Assembly: GCA_036782715.1 (NCBI GenBank)
Contig: DAIPYN010000001.1
Coordinates: forward strand, 54,609 to 118,608
DNA length: 64,000 bases
DNA from: Flavobacteriaceae bacterium
GTDB lineage: Bacteria; Bacteroidota; Bacteroidia; Flavobacteriales; Flavobacteriaceae
Direction: 5' to 3'
This document shows positions 40,069-48,892 of the stretch, one piece after another (the stretch's first letter is position 1; each line of letters starts with the position of its first letter). The position numbers were made by a program, and so were the translations under genes. The notes beneath the pieces were generated by a model that ran no database searches, was not told where the DNA came from, and saw only the letters and a list, made by a program, of their open reading frames with translations.

Positions 40069-42369
40069 ATGAAAAAACTAATTCACTTGTTTGCTGCGCT
40101 TGCCATGGTGTTTTCAATCCCCCTGGCAGCCCAAGAAGAGGCTCCACAGCGTGAGCCTGGTCACTACAATAATAATCGATTTAAGCAGTTGTATGAAGAG
40201 TTTTCAACTCCAAATACCTATCGTTCGGCGAGCGGAGCTCCCGGTCCAGATTACTATCAGCAACGAGCTGATTACAAAATGGATATTACGTTAGATGATA
40301 AGAATGCCAGAATCTATGGTGAAGAAACCATCACCTATACGAATAATTCGCCAGACAATTTAGAGTTCCTGTGGGTGCAATTAGACCAAAACGTAAGAGC
40401 GAAGGATTCAAAGTCTCCACTTAGAAATGGGAGCGGAGTAAATCTTGCTTATACGGCTGGTAATTTTGCCCAATCATTTATGGGTGAACCCTTTGATGGC
40501 GGATTTAACATTGAATGGGTAAAAGATAGTAGAGGTAACTTACCGTACACCATCAACCAAACGATGATGCGTATTGACTTAGCGACTCCACTTCTAAGTG
40601 GTCAGAGCTATAGTTTTAGTATCAAATGGTGGTACAATATTCCTGATCATACGGTGAATAGAGCAAGATCGGGTTACGAGTATTTTGCTGAAGATGGCAA
40701 CCGCGCCTACGTAATCGCTCAATTCTTCCCAAGAATGGCTGTCTACAGCGACGTTGAAGGTTGGCAAAACCATCAATTTTGGGGTAGTGGTGAATTCGCA
40801 CTTCCTTTCGGAGATTACGAGGTAAATATTACTGTGCCTAAAGACCATGTGTTAGACGCTACCGGTGAATTACAAAATAGAAAACAGGTATTCTCTAAAG
40901 AGATGATGAAACGATACGAGCAGGCTAAAAAGTCATACGATGAGCCTGTAATGATTGTTACTCAAGAAGAAGCAGAGGCAGCTGAAAAAGGGTTTGCTGA
41001 GAAAACGAAGACTTGGAAATTTATCGCTAGAAATGTACGAGACTATGGATTTGCCACTTCTCGCAAGTTCATTTGGGATATGATGGCGGTGAAAATTGGT
41101 AACAAAGACGTTATGGCGGTTTCTCTTTATCCAAAAGAAGGAAATCCACTTTGGGAGGAATGGTCAACTCGTGCTGTTGCTTCTACATTGAAATCCTATT
41201 CGAAATTCACTTTTGATTATCCCTATCACAAGGCAATCTCTGTTCATGCAAAGAATCAAGGAATGGAGTACCCGATGATTTGTTGGAACTACGGACGTCC
41301 GAATAAAGACGGAACGTACTCAGATCGAACCAAATTCGGAATGATGAGTGTAATTATTCACGAGGTTGGTCACAATTTTTTCCCGATGATTGTAAACTCT
41401 GATGAGCGTCAGTGGGGATGGATGGACGAAGGTCTAGATACTTTTATGCAATACCTTGCCGAACAGGAGTTTGGAGAGGCTTACCCTGCTGCTATTGAAG
41501 GGTTAGATAAGTATCCTTCACGCAGAGGTGCGCCTTCAGCAATTGTTCCTTATATGTCTGGTGATCAAAGTTATATCGCACCTATCATGTCAAATCCTGA
41601 AAATGTTTATCAGTTAGGGCCTAATGCCTACGCTAAGCCGGCAACTGCACTAAATATTTTACGCGAAACAGTAATGGGAAGAGAATTATTCGATCACGCA
41701 TTTAAAACGTATTCGCAGCGATGGATGTTTAAGCACCCAACACCAGAAGATTTCTTCAGAACGATGGAGGATGCTTCTGCAGTGGATCTAGACTGGTTCT
41801 GGAGATCTTGGTTCTACACAACAGATTATGTAGACATCGGAGTGGGAGAAGTGAAGAGCTACTATGTATCAAATGAGCCAACCCCAGAGATGAAAGAGTA
41901 CATGGCTGCAAATGGTTTAACTGAGGCAGATCTTCCTCCGCTAGTGTATCTAGCTGATTTAAATGCTGAAGATGTTGATCCGAACTTAGCAGCAGCTGTA
42001 CCGTCTGAAACCTCTACAACTCTTAAGGAGTTTATGATGGATAACATGACTGAGTCAGAGCGTGCTGAGGTAAAAGAGCCCAAGTACTTTTATGAGATTT
42101 CTTTTGAGAAACCGGGAGGTATCCCAATGCCACTGATCGTTGAGTACACCTACGAAGATGGAAGCTCTGAGACGGTGACCTATCCGCCTGAAATTTGGAG
42201 AAAGAACGATGCTAAGGTAAAGCGTGTGATCTCATCAGACAAAAAGCTTACAGGGATTGTCATTGATCCTAAAGCAGAAACGGCTGATATTGATACCGCA
42301 AACAATTCCTGGCCTAAAAAAGAGGAAGGATCTGAATTTGATGCTTTAAAAGCGCAAATCAAAGGATAA
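40069..42369 (+). CDS. Secreted M1-family (gluzincin) metallopeptidase
   Basis: Signal peptide. HEVGH followed 18 residues later by E (WMDEG), the HEXXH-X18-E signature. 766 aa. Confidence 0.9.
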   Translation: MKKLIHLFAALAMVFSIPLAAQEEAPQREPGHYNNNRFKQLYEEFSTPNTYRSASGAPGPDYYQQRADYKMDITLDDKNARIYGEETITYTNNSPDNLEFLWVQLDQNVRAKDSKSPLRNGSGVNLAYTAGNFAQSFMGEPFDGGFNIEWVKDSRGNLPYTINQTMMRIDLATPLLSGQSYSFSIKWWYNIPDHTVNRARSGYEYFAEDGNRAYVIAQFFPRMAVYSDVEGWQNHQFWGSGEFALPFGDYEVNITVPKDHVLDATGELQNRKQVFSKEMMKRYEQAKKSYDEPVMIVTQEEAEAAEKGFAEKTKTWKFIARNVRDYGFATSRKFIWDMMAVKIGNKDVMAVSLYPKEGNPLWEEWSTRAVASTLKSYSKFTFDYPYHKAISVHAKNQGMEYPMICWNYGRPNKDGTYSDRTKFGMMSVIIHEVGHNFFPMIVNSDERQWGWMDEGLDTFMQYLAEQEFGEAYPAAIEGLDKYPSRRGAPSAIVPYMSGDQSYIAPIMSNPENVYQLGPNAYAKPATALNILRETVMGRELFDHAFKTYSQRWMFKHPTPEDFFRTMEDASAVDLDWFWRSWFYTTDYVDIGVGEVKSYYVSNEPTPEMKEYMAANGLTEADLPPLVYLADLNAEDVDPNLAAAVPSETSTTLKEFMMDNMTESERAEVKEPKYFYEISFEKPGGIPMPLIVEYTYEDGSSETVTYPPEIWRKNDAKVKRVISSDKKLTGIVIDPKAETADIDTANNSWPKKEEGSEFDALKAQIKG

Positions 42370-42389
42370 TTTCTTTTACTCAAAATTCT

Positions 42390-42421
42390 AAACCCGCAGT
42401 GAAACCGCTGCGGGTTTTTTT
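42390..42421 (+). terminator. Rho-independent terminator after the M1 peptidase gene
   Basis: Stem AAACCCGCAG/CTGCGGGTTT with an 8-nt loop, running into a T tract. Confidence 0.8.
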
Positions 42422-42428
42422 ATATTTG
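42421..42428 (+). promoter_or_regulatory. Candidate -7 box (TATATTTG) only 5 nt upstream of the tatA ATG
   Basis: Exact TAnnTTTG. No clear -33 TTG, because that region is occupied by the terminator. Confidence 0.3.
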
Positions 42429-42433
42429 TATTC

Positions 42434-42706
42434 ATGCATTCTCTCTTTATTAGCGGCGCAGAAATATTCTTCATACTCTTTATGGTGGTGATCATTTTTG
42501 GTACAGATCGCTTGCCAGAAATTGTACGGGGCCTAGCTAAAGGAATGCGCCAACTAAAAGATGCAGCTGACGATGTTAAGCGTGAAATTCAGAAGTCTGC
42601 AGATAAAAGTGGTATAGACACTTCCATAGCCGATGATCTTAAAAAGAGTGCAGATCAAGTAAAAAAGTCGGTAGAAGAAGTGACGGGTACTATTAAACGT
42701 CAGTAA
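42434..42706 (+). CDS. tatA: Twin-arginine translocase TatA/TatE family protein
   Basis: N-terminal TM followed by FG...LPE and an amphipathic helix (IIFGTDRLPEIVRGLAKGMRQLKDA); 90 aa. Confidence 0.88.
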   Translation: MHSLFISGAEIFFILFMVVIIFGTDRLPEIVRGLAKGMRQLKDAADDVKREIQKSADKSGIDTSIADDLKKSADQVKKSVEEVTGTIKRQ

Positions 42707-42707
42707 G

Positions 42708-43349
42708 TTATAGGTATCGGGCTACACTTAATCCGTCTCTTATAGGTAAAATGAGGTGCTCGAAACGGTCGTCTTCAGTTAATCTTTGATTATAGGTCAA
42801 CAATGCTTTGGTAGCTTTATCGCCTTTTTGAAGCGGTTCTACTACTTTACCACTCCACAAAATGTTATCAGATACTACAAGACACCCTTTGCTTAGCTTA
42901 GGAATTACTGCATCTAGGTATTCGTTGTAATCGGCTTTTTTAGCGTCAATAAAGACTAAATCAAACTGATCTTTCAGAGTAGGTATGATTTCTAAGGCAT
43001 CACCGACGATAGGTTGGATACTTTTATAATAAGGGCTTAATTTCCAATACTTCTGTTGTAGCCAAGCCAATTCCTCATTCACTTCAATAGTAGTGATGGT
43101 TCCTTGATCGCTTAACCCCTCTGCAAGACATAGTGCTGAATATCCTGTGTAAGTACCCAGTTCAAGAATACGATTGGGTCGAACTAATTTGCTTAAAAAA
43201 GAAAGTAGCCTACCTTGGTAATGACCCGAAATCATTCTTGGTTGAATTACTTTCTGATGCGTTTCATGGCTTAGGTTTTTGAGATAGGTTGGTTCGACCT
43301 CTATATGCTGGTCTAAATAAGATTCTAAAGCCTCTGAAAAGAAGTGCAT
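42708..43349 (-). CDS. Class I SAM-dependent O-methyltransferase (caffeoyl-CoA OMT-like)
   Basis: ILELGTYTGYSALCLAEGL, FDLVFIDAKKADY. ATG at 43349 preferred over the longer ORF-track start. Confidence 0.85.
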   Translation of the reverse strand: MHFFSEALESYLDQHIEVEPTYLKNLSHETHQKVIQPRMISGHYQGRLLSFLSKLVRPNRILELGTYTGYSALCLAEGLSDQGTITTIEVNEELAWLQQKYWKLSPYYKSIQPIVGDALEIIPTLKDQFDLVFIDAKKADYNEYLDAVIPKLSKGCLVVSDNILWSGKVVEPLQKGDKATKALLTYNQRLTEDDRFEHLILPIRDGLSVARYL

Positions 43350-43375
43350 CGCTCTATTTTTAAGTAAATTTAGGG

Positions 43376-43383
43376 CAAAAATA
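43376..43383 (-). promoter_or_regulatory. Candidate -7 promoter box (TATTTTTG) for the O-methyltransferase gene
   Basis: Exact TAnnTTTG on the minus strand, 26 nt upstream of the ATG at 43349. Confidence 0.4.
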
Positions 43384-43388
43384 AGGCT

Positions 43389-44666
43389 ATGTTTCAAAGT
43401 TCTCTTCAATTCGCTAAAGACCTTGACGCTAATGATTCGCTCGCGAGCTATCGCGATCAATTTCATTTTCCGAAAACAGCTAAAGGAGAGAAGAAATTAT
43501 ACTTTACCGGGAACTCCTTAGGGTTGCAGCCCTTGAATGCTAAAAACCGTATTGGTCGAATACTAGACGAGTGGGCAGAATATGCGGTAGATGGTCACTT
43601 TTATTCTGAACATCCTTGGTGGGACTATCACGAAAGAATGGTACCTAAATTGGCCAAGGTCGTTGGTGCAAAGCCTAGTGAAGTTACAATCATGAATACC
43701 TTGACGGCCAATCTTCATTTACTCATGGTTTCTTTTTACCGCCCGACTTCTTCGCGTTACGCCATCTTGTGTGAAGAAAAAGCATTCCCTTCTGATCAAT
43801 ATTTGATGAAATCTCAATTGAAGTTTCACGGATTTGATTTTGAAAGTGCACTCATTGAAGTTTCGGGTAACGGATCGGCTCCAACCACCGAGGATTTCGT
43901 AAAGGCTATTGAAGAAAATAAAGATAGAGTTGCGCTTATACTTTTGGGTGGAGTAAATTATTACACAGCTGGAGTTCTTGATATTGAGACGATCACTAGA
44001 GTTGCTCGGTCATATGGTATTACGATCGGATGGGATCTAGCCCACGCAGCAGGTAACATTTCATTAAAATTACATGATTGGGGAGTAGATTTTGCGGCGT
44101 GGTGTAGTTATAAGTACATGAATGCTGGGCCTGGTAGCTTATCGGGTGTATTTATTCATAAACGCCATCATAACCAGTCTTCAATTCCTCGATTCGAAGG
44201 TTGGTGGGGTGTAGATAAATCAGAGCGTTTTCAAATGAATGACTCCTTTAAGCCAGCGGTTGGAGCAGAGGCTTGGCAGTTGTCTAACCTGCCCATTTTA
44301 GCTTTAGCACCCTACGATGCTTCTTTAGAGTTATTTGAAGAAGTAGGAATGGAGCGACTAACAGCAAAAAGCAAACAGCTTACAGACTATTTAGAATTTA
44401 AGATTAGAGAGATTGCTGAGCAGACGGGATATCCTCTCGAGATCATTACCCCTCAAAATAGAGGTGCCCAACTTTCTATCTTTATGCCTAATAATGGACG
44501 AGCCATTTTCGATCATCTCTGTGAAAATGGAGTGGCACCCGATTGGAGAAATCCGAATGTGATTCGCGTTGCTCCGGTACCCTTATATAATTCTTTTGAA
44601 GATGTATATTTGTTTGCTGAGCGTTTCAAGGATGCAATCTACTCTACCGATAGTTCGGTAAAATAA
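43389..44666 (+). CDS. kynU: Kynureninase
   Basis: PLP-enzyme with typical kynureninase N-terminus (FHFP...YFTGNSLGLQP) and lysine context CSYKYMNAGPG. Confidence 0.9.
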   Translation: MFQSSLQFAKDLDANDSLASYRDQFHFPKTAKGEKKLYFTGNSLGLQPLNAKNRIGRILDEWAEYAVDGHFYSEHPWWDYHERMVPKLAKVVGAKPSEVTIMNTLTANLHLLMVSFYRPTSSRYAILCEEKAFPSDQYLMKSQLKFHGFDFESALIEVSGNGSAPTTEDFVKAIEENKDRVALILLGGVNYYTAGVLDIETITRVARSYGITIGWDLAHAAGNISLKLHDWGVDFAAWCSYKYMNAGPGSLSGVFIHKRHHNQSSIPRFEGWWGVDKSERFQMNDSFKPAVGAEAWQLSNLPILALAPYDASLELFEEVGMERLTAKSKQLTDYLEFKIREIAEQTGYPLEIITPQNRGAQLSIFMPNNGRAIFDHLCENGVAPDWRNPNVIRVAPVPLYNSFEDVYLFAERFKDAIYSTDSSVK

Positions 44667-45307
44667 AGAGCTCTGCTTGAATTCGGTCGTTCATGTCTTT
44701 GGGCAATCAGTAAACCACCGAGGTTGAGATAATTCTTGCAAATCGATATAATGTTTGGATCTTCTCCATTGGCGCGTCTGAACACCCACTCTTTTACCTT
44801 ATAATCTTTGTCTACGTAAAAATCATAGGCATCGCCTGGGGTGTATCCGCCCTCGTTCCCATAGACAATAGTTAATTTATTTAAGGTTTTTCTTTCACCC
44901 GGAGATTCGATATTTTCTGTGTAAGTGGCTGTAAAGTTATCTTGATCCCATACCAGTTGAAATGGTGCTAGGAGCCAATATTTATCATTGATAAAACCTT
45001 TGTTAACCTCATTGGAAAGAGAATCCAGCTTTTTCCAATGGTACCTATAATCCCCCTCAGTACGCACAGCAGTTACTGAATCAACTTTAGGTTTCCAGAT
45101 CCATTTGCGAGAAAAAGGTTCTCCGTTGGCTCGAGCCACATTCCAATTAAATACGATCTTTTCGATTTTTTCGAACTCAGAGAGCCCATGTGCTTCTGCA
45201 ATACGGTCTGCTACCTTGTAAGCTTCTGACTTCTCGGTGGTTGAAGGGGTTTCTGAACAGCTATTCAGTAAACCTATAGCTGCTAAAGAAAGGAGTAACT
45301 TTTTCAT
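44639..45307 (-). CDS. Hypothetical lipoprotein
   Basis: Lipobox LLNSC; 222 aa; no motif I recognise. Confidence 0.6.
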   Translation of the reverse strand: MKKLLLSLAAIGLLNSCSETPSTTEKSEAYKVADRIAEAHGLSEFEKIEKIVFNWNVARANGEPFSRKWIWKPKVDSVTAVRTEGDYRYHWKKLDSLSNEVNKGFINDKYWLLAPFQLVWDQDNFTATYTENIESPGERKTLNKLTIVYGNEGGYTPGDAYDFYVDKDYKVKEWVFRRANGEDPNIISICKNYLNLGGLLIAQRHERPNSSRALYFTELSVE

Positions 45308-45359
45308 ATTTCTTTTAGGCTAAAGGTAGGAAATGCTAGGCTAAAATTGCATTAGATGC

Positions 45360-45367
45360 TACCTTTG
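45360..45367 (+). promoter_or_regulatory. Candidate -7 promoter box (TACCTTTG) for the ClpP-like gene
   Basis: Exact TAnnTTTG 16 nt upstream of the ATG at 45384. Confidence 0.4.
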
Positions 45368-45383
45368 TAAGTATCTAAAATTT

Positions 45384-45941
45384 ATGGCTATGGCTGCAAC
45401 ATCTAAGGTTCGTGACTTAATAGAACATTCGCTTTTAACCGATCGCAAGGTCTTTTTATGGGGAATGGTAGACGATCACAGTGCAAAACACGTGATTGAT
45501 CGTTTGCTTTATCTGGATAGTCAGAGTCATGATGAAATTCAGTTGATCATCAATAGCCCTGGGGGTTATGTCACCTCTGGCTTTGCTATTTATGATACCT
45601 TAAAAGCAATAAAAAGTCCTGTTTCGACCATTTGTTCGGGTCTAGCAGCTTCAATGGGTTCGATTCTATTGTCTGCTGGTGATAAGGGCCGTCGTTTTAT
45701 ACAGCCTCATGCAAGAGTTATGATTCATCAACCTAGTGGAGGCGCTCAGGGTCAAGCCTCTTCTATTGAGATACAAGCTCGAGAGATTATAAAAACCAAA
45801 GAGATTGGTGCTAGAATTCTTGCAGAGAATTGTGATCAGCCGATCGAAAAGGTGATGAAAGATTTTGACCGTGATTATTGGATGGATGCTGAAGAATCTA
45901 CCCAGTACGGTATCGTTGATGGTGTGATTGATGCGATCTAA
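45384..45941 (+). CDS. ClpP-family serine protease paralog with shortened N-terminus
   Basis: INSPGGYVTSGFAIYDT, catalytic Ser in GLAASMGS, His in MIHQPSGG, Asp in DRDYWMDA. Only 185 aa, and no clpX/clpA neighbour. Confidence 0.8.
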   Translation: MAMAATSKVRDLIEHSLLTDRKVFLWGMVDDHSAKHVIDRLLYLDSQSHDEIQLIINSPGGYVTSGFAIYDTLKAIKSPVSTICSGLAASMGSILLSAGDKGRRFIQPHARVMIHQPSGGAQGQASSIEIQAREIIKTKEIGARILAENCDQPIEKVMKDFDRDYWMDAEESTQYGIVDGVIDAI

Positions 45942-47485
45942 TAGGCATCTGGATTTCGAATTATCGCTTCTGCTCTTTTAATCTGCGCTTCTAATTCGTC
46001 TGGGTTCTTCTTTTCAAGTAGGCGATACATCATACCCATTCTAGGATTGTCCTTCAAAATATCTCGTTTCTTACTTAGGAAGTTCCAGTACAAGGAATTA
46101 AACGGACAAGATTGTTCGCCAGTCTTATCTTTGACCCGATAAGTACAGTTCTTACAGTAATTACTCATCTTGTTGATGTAGGCTCCACTGCTGATATAAG
46201 GTTTGGTCGCGATGATTCCTCCGTCAGCGAATTGCGACATTCCACGAGTATTCGTGATCTCCACCCAGTGTATCGCATCGATATAAACCCCCAAATACCA
46301 ATCATCTAGTTGATCAGGATCTATTTCAGTGAGCAGCGCGTAGTTGCCTGTAACCATTAGGCGCTGTATGTGATGGGCATAGCTATGTTCTAGCGTTTGT
46401 TTGATAGACTCAGAAAGACACTTCATCTTGGTTTTTGAGGTCCAATAAAAGTCTGGGAGGTCTTGCTTGTGATTGAAGTAATTGAGCGTTTGATAATTGG
46501 GCATCTCTTTCCAGTAAATACCTCGCATATATTCTCGCCACCCTAAAATTTGACGAACGAATCCCTCAATTTGTGAAAGCGAAATAGTATCGTCTTTATA
46601 ATAAGTAGTGATAGCAGTATCAATAACTTCTCTCGGATGTATCAGCTTGGAGTTCAGTGCAAAGGATAGCCTTGAGTGAAAGAGATACGGTTTTCCAACG
46701 GCCATGGCATCTTGATAGGTGCCGAACCTTGATAATAAATGATCGCAGAAGTATTGTAGTATTTGTAATCCCTCTTTTCGGCTGGTTGGCCAAGGGAACT
46801 CCTCAGCATTAATGACCCCCAGTGTTTCAATCTTACTATCAAGAATATCTTGGTAAACCTCGGTGACGTCAGTTTTAAAATCTAACTCTTTTGGAATTTG
46901 GAGATTCGTATCAATACCTTTTCGATTTTCACTGTCGTAGTTCCATTTACCTCCTTCAGGCTTACCGTTAGGAAGCATTAAAATATGATGCTTTTTACGC
47001 ATCATTCGATAAAACGACTCCATCAGGAGCTGTTTCTTGCCTTCGAAGTGTTTCGATAATTCTTCTCGAGAAGTTAGAAAGTGTTCGGTGTCAAAGGCTT
47101 CGATTTGAATTCCTTGCGATTCAAGCAGGCTGCAAATTTCTTTGAGCTCTTTATCTAAACGGTAGTTGTCGGGTAATTGGTATTCAAACTTTTCGATGGG
47201 GTGGGTTTGGCAGTATTCTAATATTCGAGTCTTAAGACTACGATCTCCAGATTGATTGATCTTTTGATAGTCTACCTGCGCACCAACCGTTTTTAGTGCA
47301 CCTGCGAAATTTCGCATGCTCTGAAAGAAAGCTGTCACCTTCTGTATATGGTGGGTGATATTATTGCTTTCTTGATACATCTCGGCCATACAATAGAGCG
47401 TATGAGTATCGACCTCTTTATACCAGCTGTGTCGGGCGTTTAATTGGTCGCCTAAGATCAATCGGAGTCTTTTTATTGCAGCCAT
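45938..47485 (-). CDS. Fe-S cluster-containing cryptochrome/photolyase family protein (FeS-BCP / prokaryotic (6-4) photolyase type)
   Basis: 515 aa. Cys pattern C...CKNC-X12-C (MKCL; YCKNCTYRVKDKTGEQSCPF) matches the CX2CX12C 4Fe-4S ligands known from PhrB/CryB-type enzymes. Confidence 0.8.
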   Translation of the reverse strand: MAAIKRLRLILGDQLNARHSWYKEVDTHTLYCMAEMYQESNNITHHIQKVTAFFQSMRNFAGALKTVGAQVDYQKINQSGDRSLKTRILEYCQTHPIEKFEYQLPDNYRLDKELKEICSLLESQGIQIEAFDTEHFLTSREELSKHFEGKKQLLMESFYRMMRKKHHILMLPNGKPEGGKWNYDSENRKGIDTNLQIPKELDFKTDVTEVYQDILDSKIETLGVINAEEFPWPTSRKEGLQILQYFCDHLLSRFGTYQDAMAVGKPYLFHSRLSFALNSKLIHPREVIDTAITTYYKDDTISLSQIEGFVRQILGWREYMRGIYWKEMPNYQTLNYFNHKQDLPDFYWTSKTKMKCLSESIKQTLEHSYAHHIQRLMVTGNYALLTEIDPDQLDDWYLGVYIDAIHWVEITNTRGMSQFADGGIIATKPYISSGAYINKMSNYCKNCTYRVKDKTGEQSCPFNSLYWNFLSKKRDILKDNPRMGMMYRLLEKKNPDELEAQIKRAEAIIRNPDAY

Positions 47486-48750
47486 AATCGTCTATAGTCG
47501 TTATTAGGATCGTACATCTCTGCTTGTCTTTGGGTATTAAATTTGCGATCTCTAGGGTCATTACCCACTCCGCTTACATAACACCAATTACCCCAATTGG
47601 CCGAGGCATCGTAATCGATAAGTTGAGCTTCGAAGTATTTAGCTCCCCAAATCCAGTTTTGCTTCAAGTTCTTTGCCCAATAACTAGCTACATTTTGTCT
47701 CGCTCGGTTACTGATCCATCCCGTAGATTTTAATTCGATCATGGCCGCATTGACGAAATCATCTTTAGTTTTCCCATCGATCCACTTTTCAAAAAGGGTA
47801 TTGTTTTCCCCCCACTCATAGGTGCGATTAAGAATTCCTTCAATTTTAAAGATGCGATCCTTGTGTTTGAAACTAATTAGCTTAAAATATTCTCTCCATA
47901 GCAGTTCGAAGAAGAGCCAATAGGTATCCTGATTGGCAACTACCGACGATTCAAATTCTTTTATCTCTGTATAAATAGATCGGGGAGAAAGACATCCGAA
48001 AGCTAAATATGCTGAAAGCTTTGAGCTAAAGTCTAAGCCAATCAATCCGTTTCTTGTCTGTTTGTATTTAGCGAGGGCCTCAGTTTGCCAGAAATAATGA
48101 TCTAACCGCTCCCAAGCGACGTCTTCTCCACCTTTAAAGGGATGTGCAGATCGATTATCAATGGTGTTATTTGAATAACCTAGTTCAGTTAAGGAAGGAA
48201 TTTTGCTTGATTCCATCGATAAGCGATTGAATAAAGGATTTTCTGGCGCATCAAATGAGGTCTCAGGGGTATGGTATCGTTCTACCTTTTTTCTAAACAC
48301 CGTAAAGACCTCTGGTAACTCCATTACATCGAACGGTAATTTCTGTAAAGGGTATAGTAGGTCTGAGTGGTCTTTGATCCATGTTACCTCGTTCTTTGCC
48401 TTTTTGATGGCCTTATCGATGAATCGCCGCTCGTTAGAGGTAGCAAAATCAATACTGTATAAGGATTCGATCGAATAGCGATCTATAAGGGTTGCAAGAT
48501 GATCAGACCCTACCTGATCGATAATTAAAGGAATATTTAAGCGTTCTAGGTCAGCCTTGAGATTATGGAGTGATTCAAGTTCAAATTTTCTTGCAAAGTA
48601 GGATTTGTTAGGAAACGTCTTTGAGCCTATTTCAATCGATTGACGATCTAAAAAATAGTAAGCAAATAGACCTTTGTTTTTCATTGCTTTGATGAGCAAT
48701 GGATTATCCTTAATCCTTAATAATTGATTGACGATCAGTATACCATTCAT
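47473..48750 (-). CDS. Cryptochrome DASH family protein
   Basis: Photolyase N-terminal domain, then an FAD-binding domain (SKLSAYLAFGCLSPRSIY, WISNRARQNVASYW, DYDASANWGNWCYVSGVGNDPR). ATG at 48750 preferred over 48774. Confidence 0.85.
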   Translation of the reverse strand: MNGILIVNQLLRIKDNPLLIKAMKNKGLFAYYFLDRQSIEIGSKTFPNKSYFARKFELESLHNLKADLERLNIPLIIDQVGSDHLATLIDRYSIESLYSIDFATSNERRFIDKAIKKAKNEVTWIKDHSDLLYPLQKLPFDVMELPEVFTVFRKKVERYHTPETSFDAPENPLFNRLSMESSKIPSLTELGYSNNTIDNRSAHPFKGGEDVAWERLDHYFWQTEALAKYKQTRNGLIGLDFSSKLSAYLAFGCLSPRSIYTEIKEFESSVVANQDTYWLFFELLWREYFKLISFKHKDRIFKIEGILNRTYEWGENNTLFEKWIDGKTKDDFVNAAMIELKSTGWISNRARQNVASYWAKNLKQNWIWGAKYFEAQLIDYDASANWGNWCYVSGVGNDPRDRKFNTQRQAEMYDPNNDYRRLWLQ

Positions 48751-48754
48751 AGAA

Positions 48755-48892
48755 CTATTTCTTTTGTGATGCACATTTTTTACTACAGTATTTTACTTGT
48801 TCCCAATTCTTCTCCCATTTTTTACGCCAGGTAAAGGGGCGGCTACAGACCACGCAAATTTTTTGAGGAAGGTTTACTTTCTTGTGTGCCAA
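48755..48892 (-). CDS. DUF2256-like zinc-ribbon microprotein (45 aa), absent from the ORF track
   Basis: Hand translation of the minus strand gives (M)[44 protein letters not shown]. The TTG start abuts the upstream TAA, and the stop lies 4 nt before the Cry-DASH ATG. Confidence 0.75.
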   Translation of the reverse strand: MAHKKVNLPQKICVVCSRPFTWRKKWEKNWEQVKYCSKKCASQKK

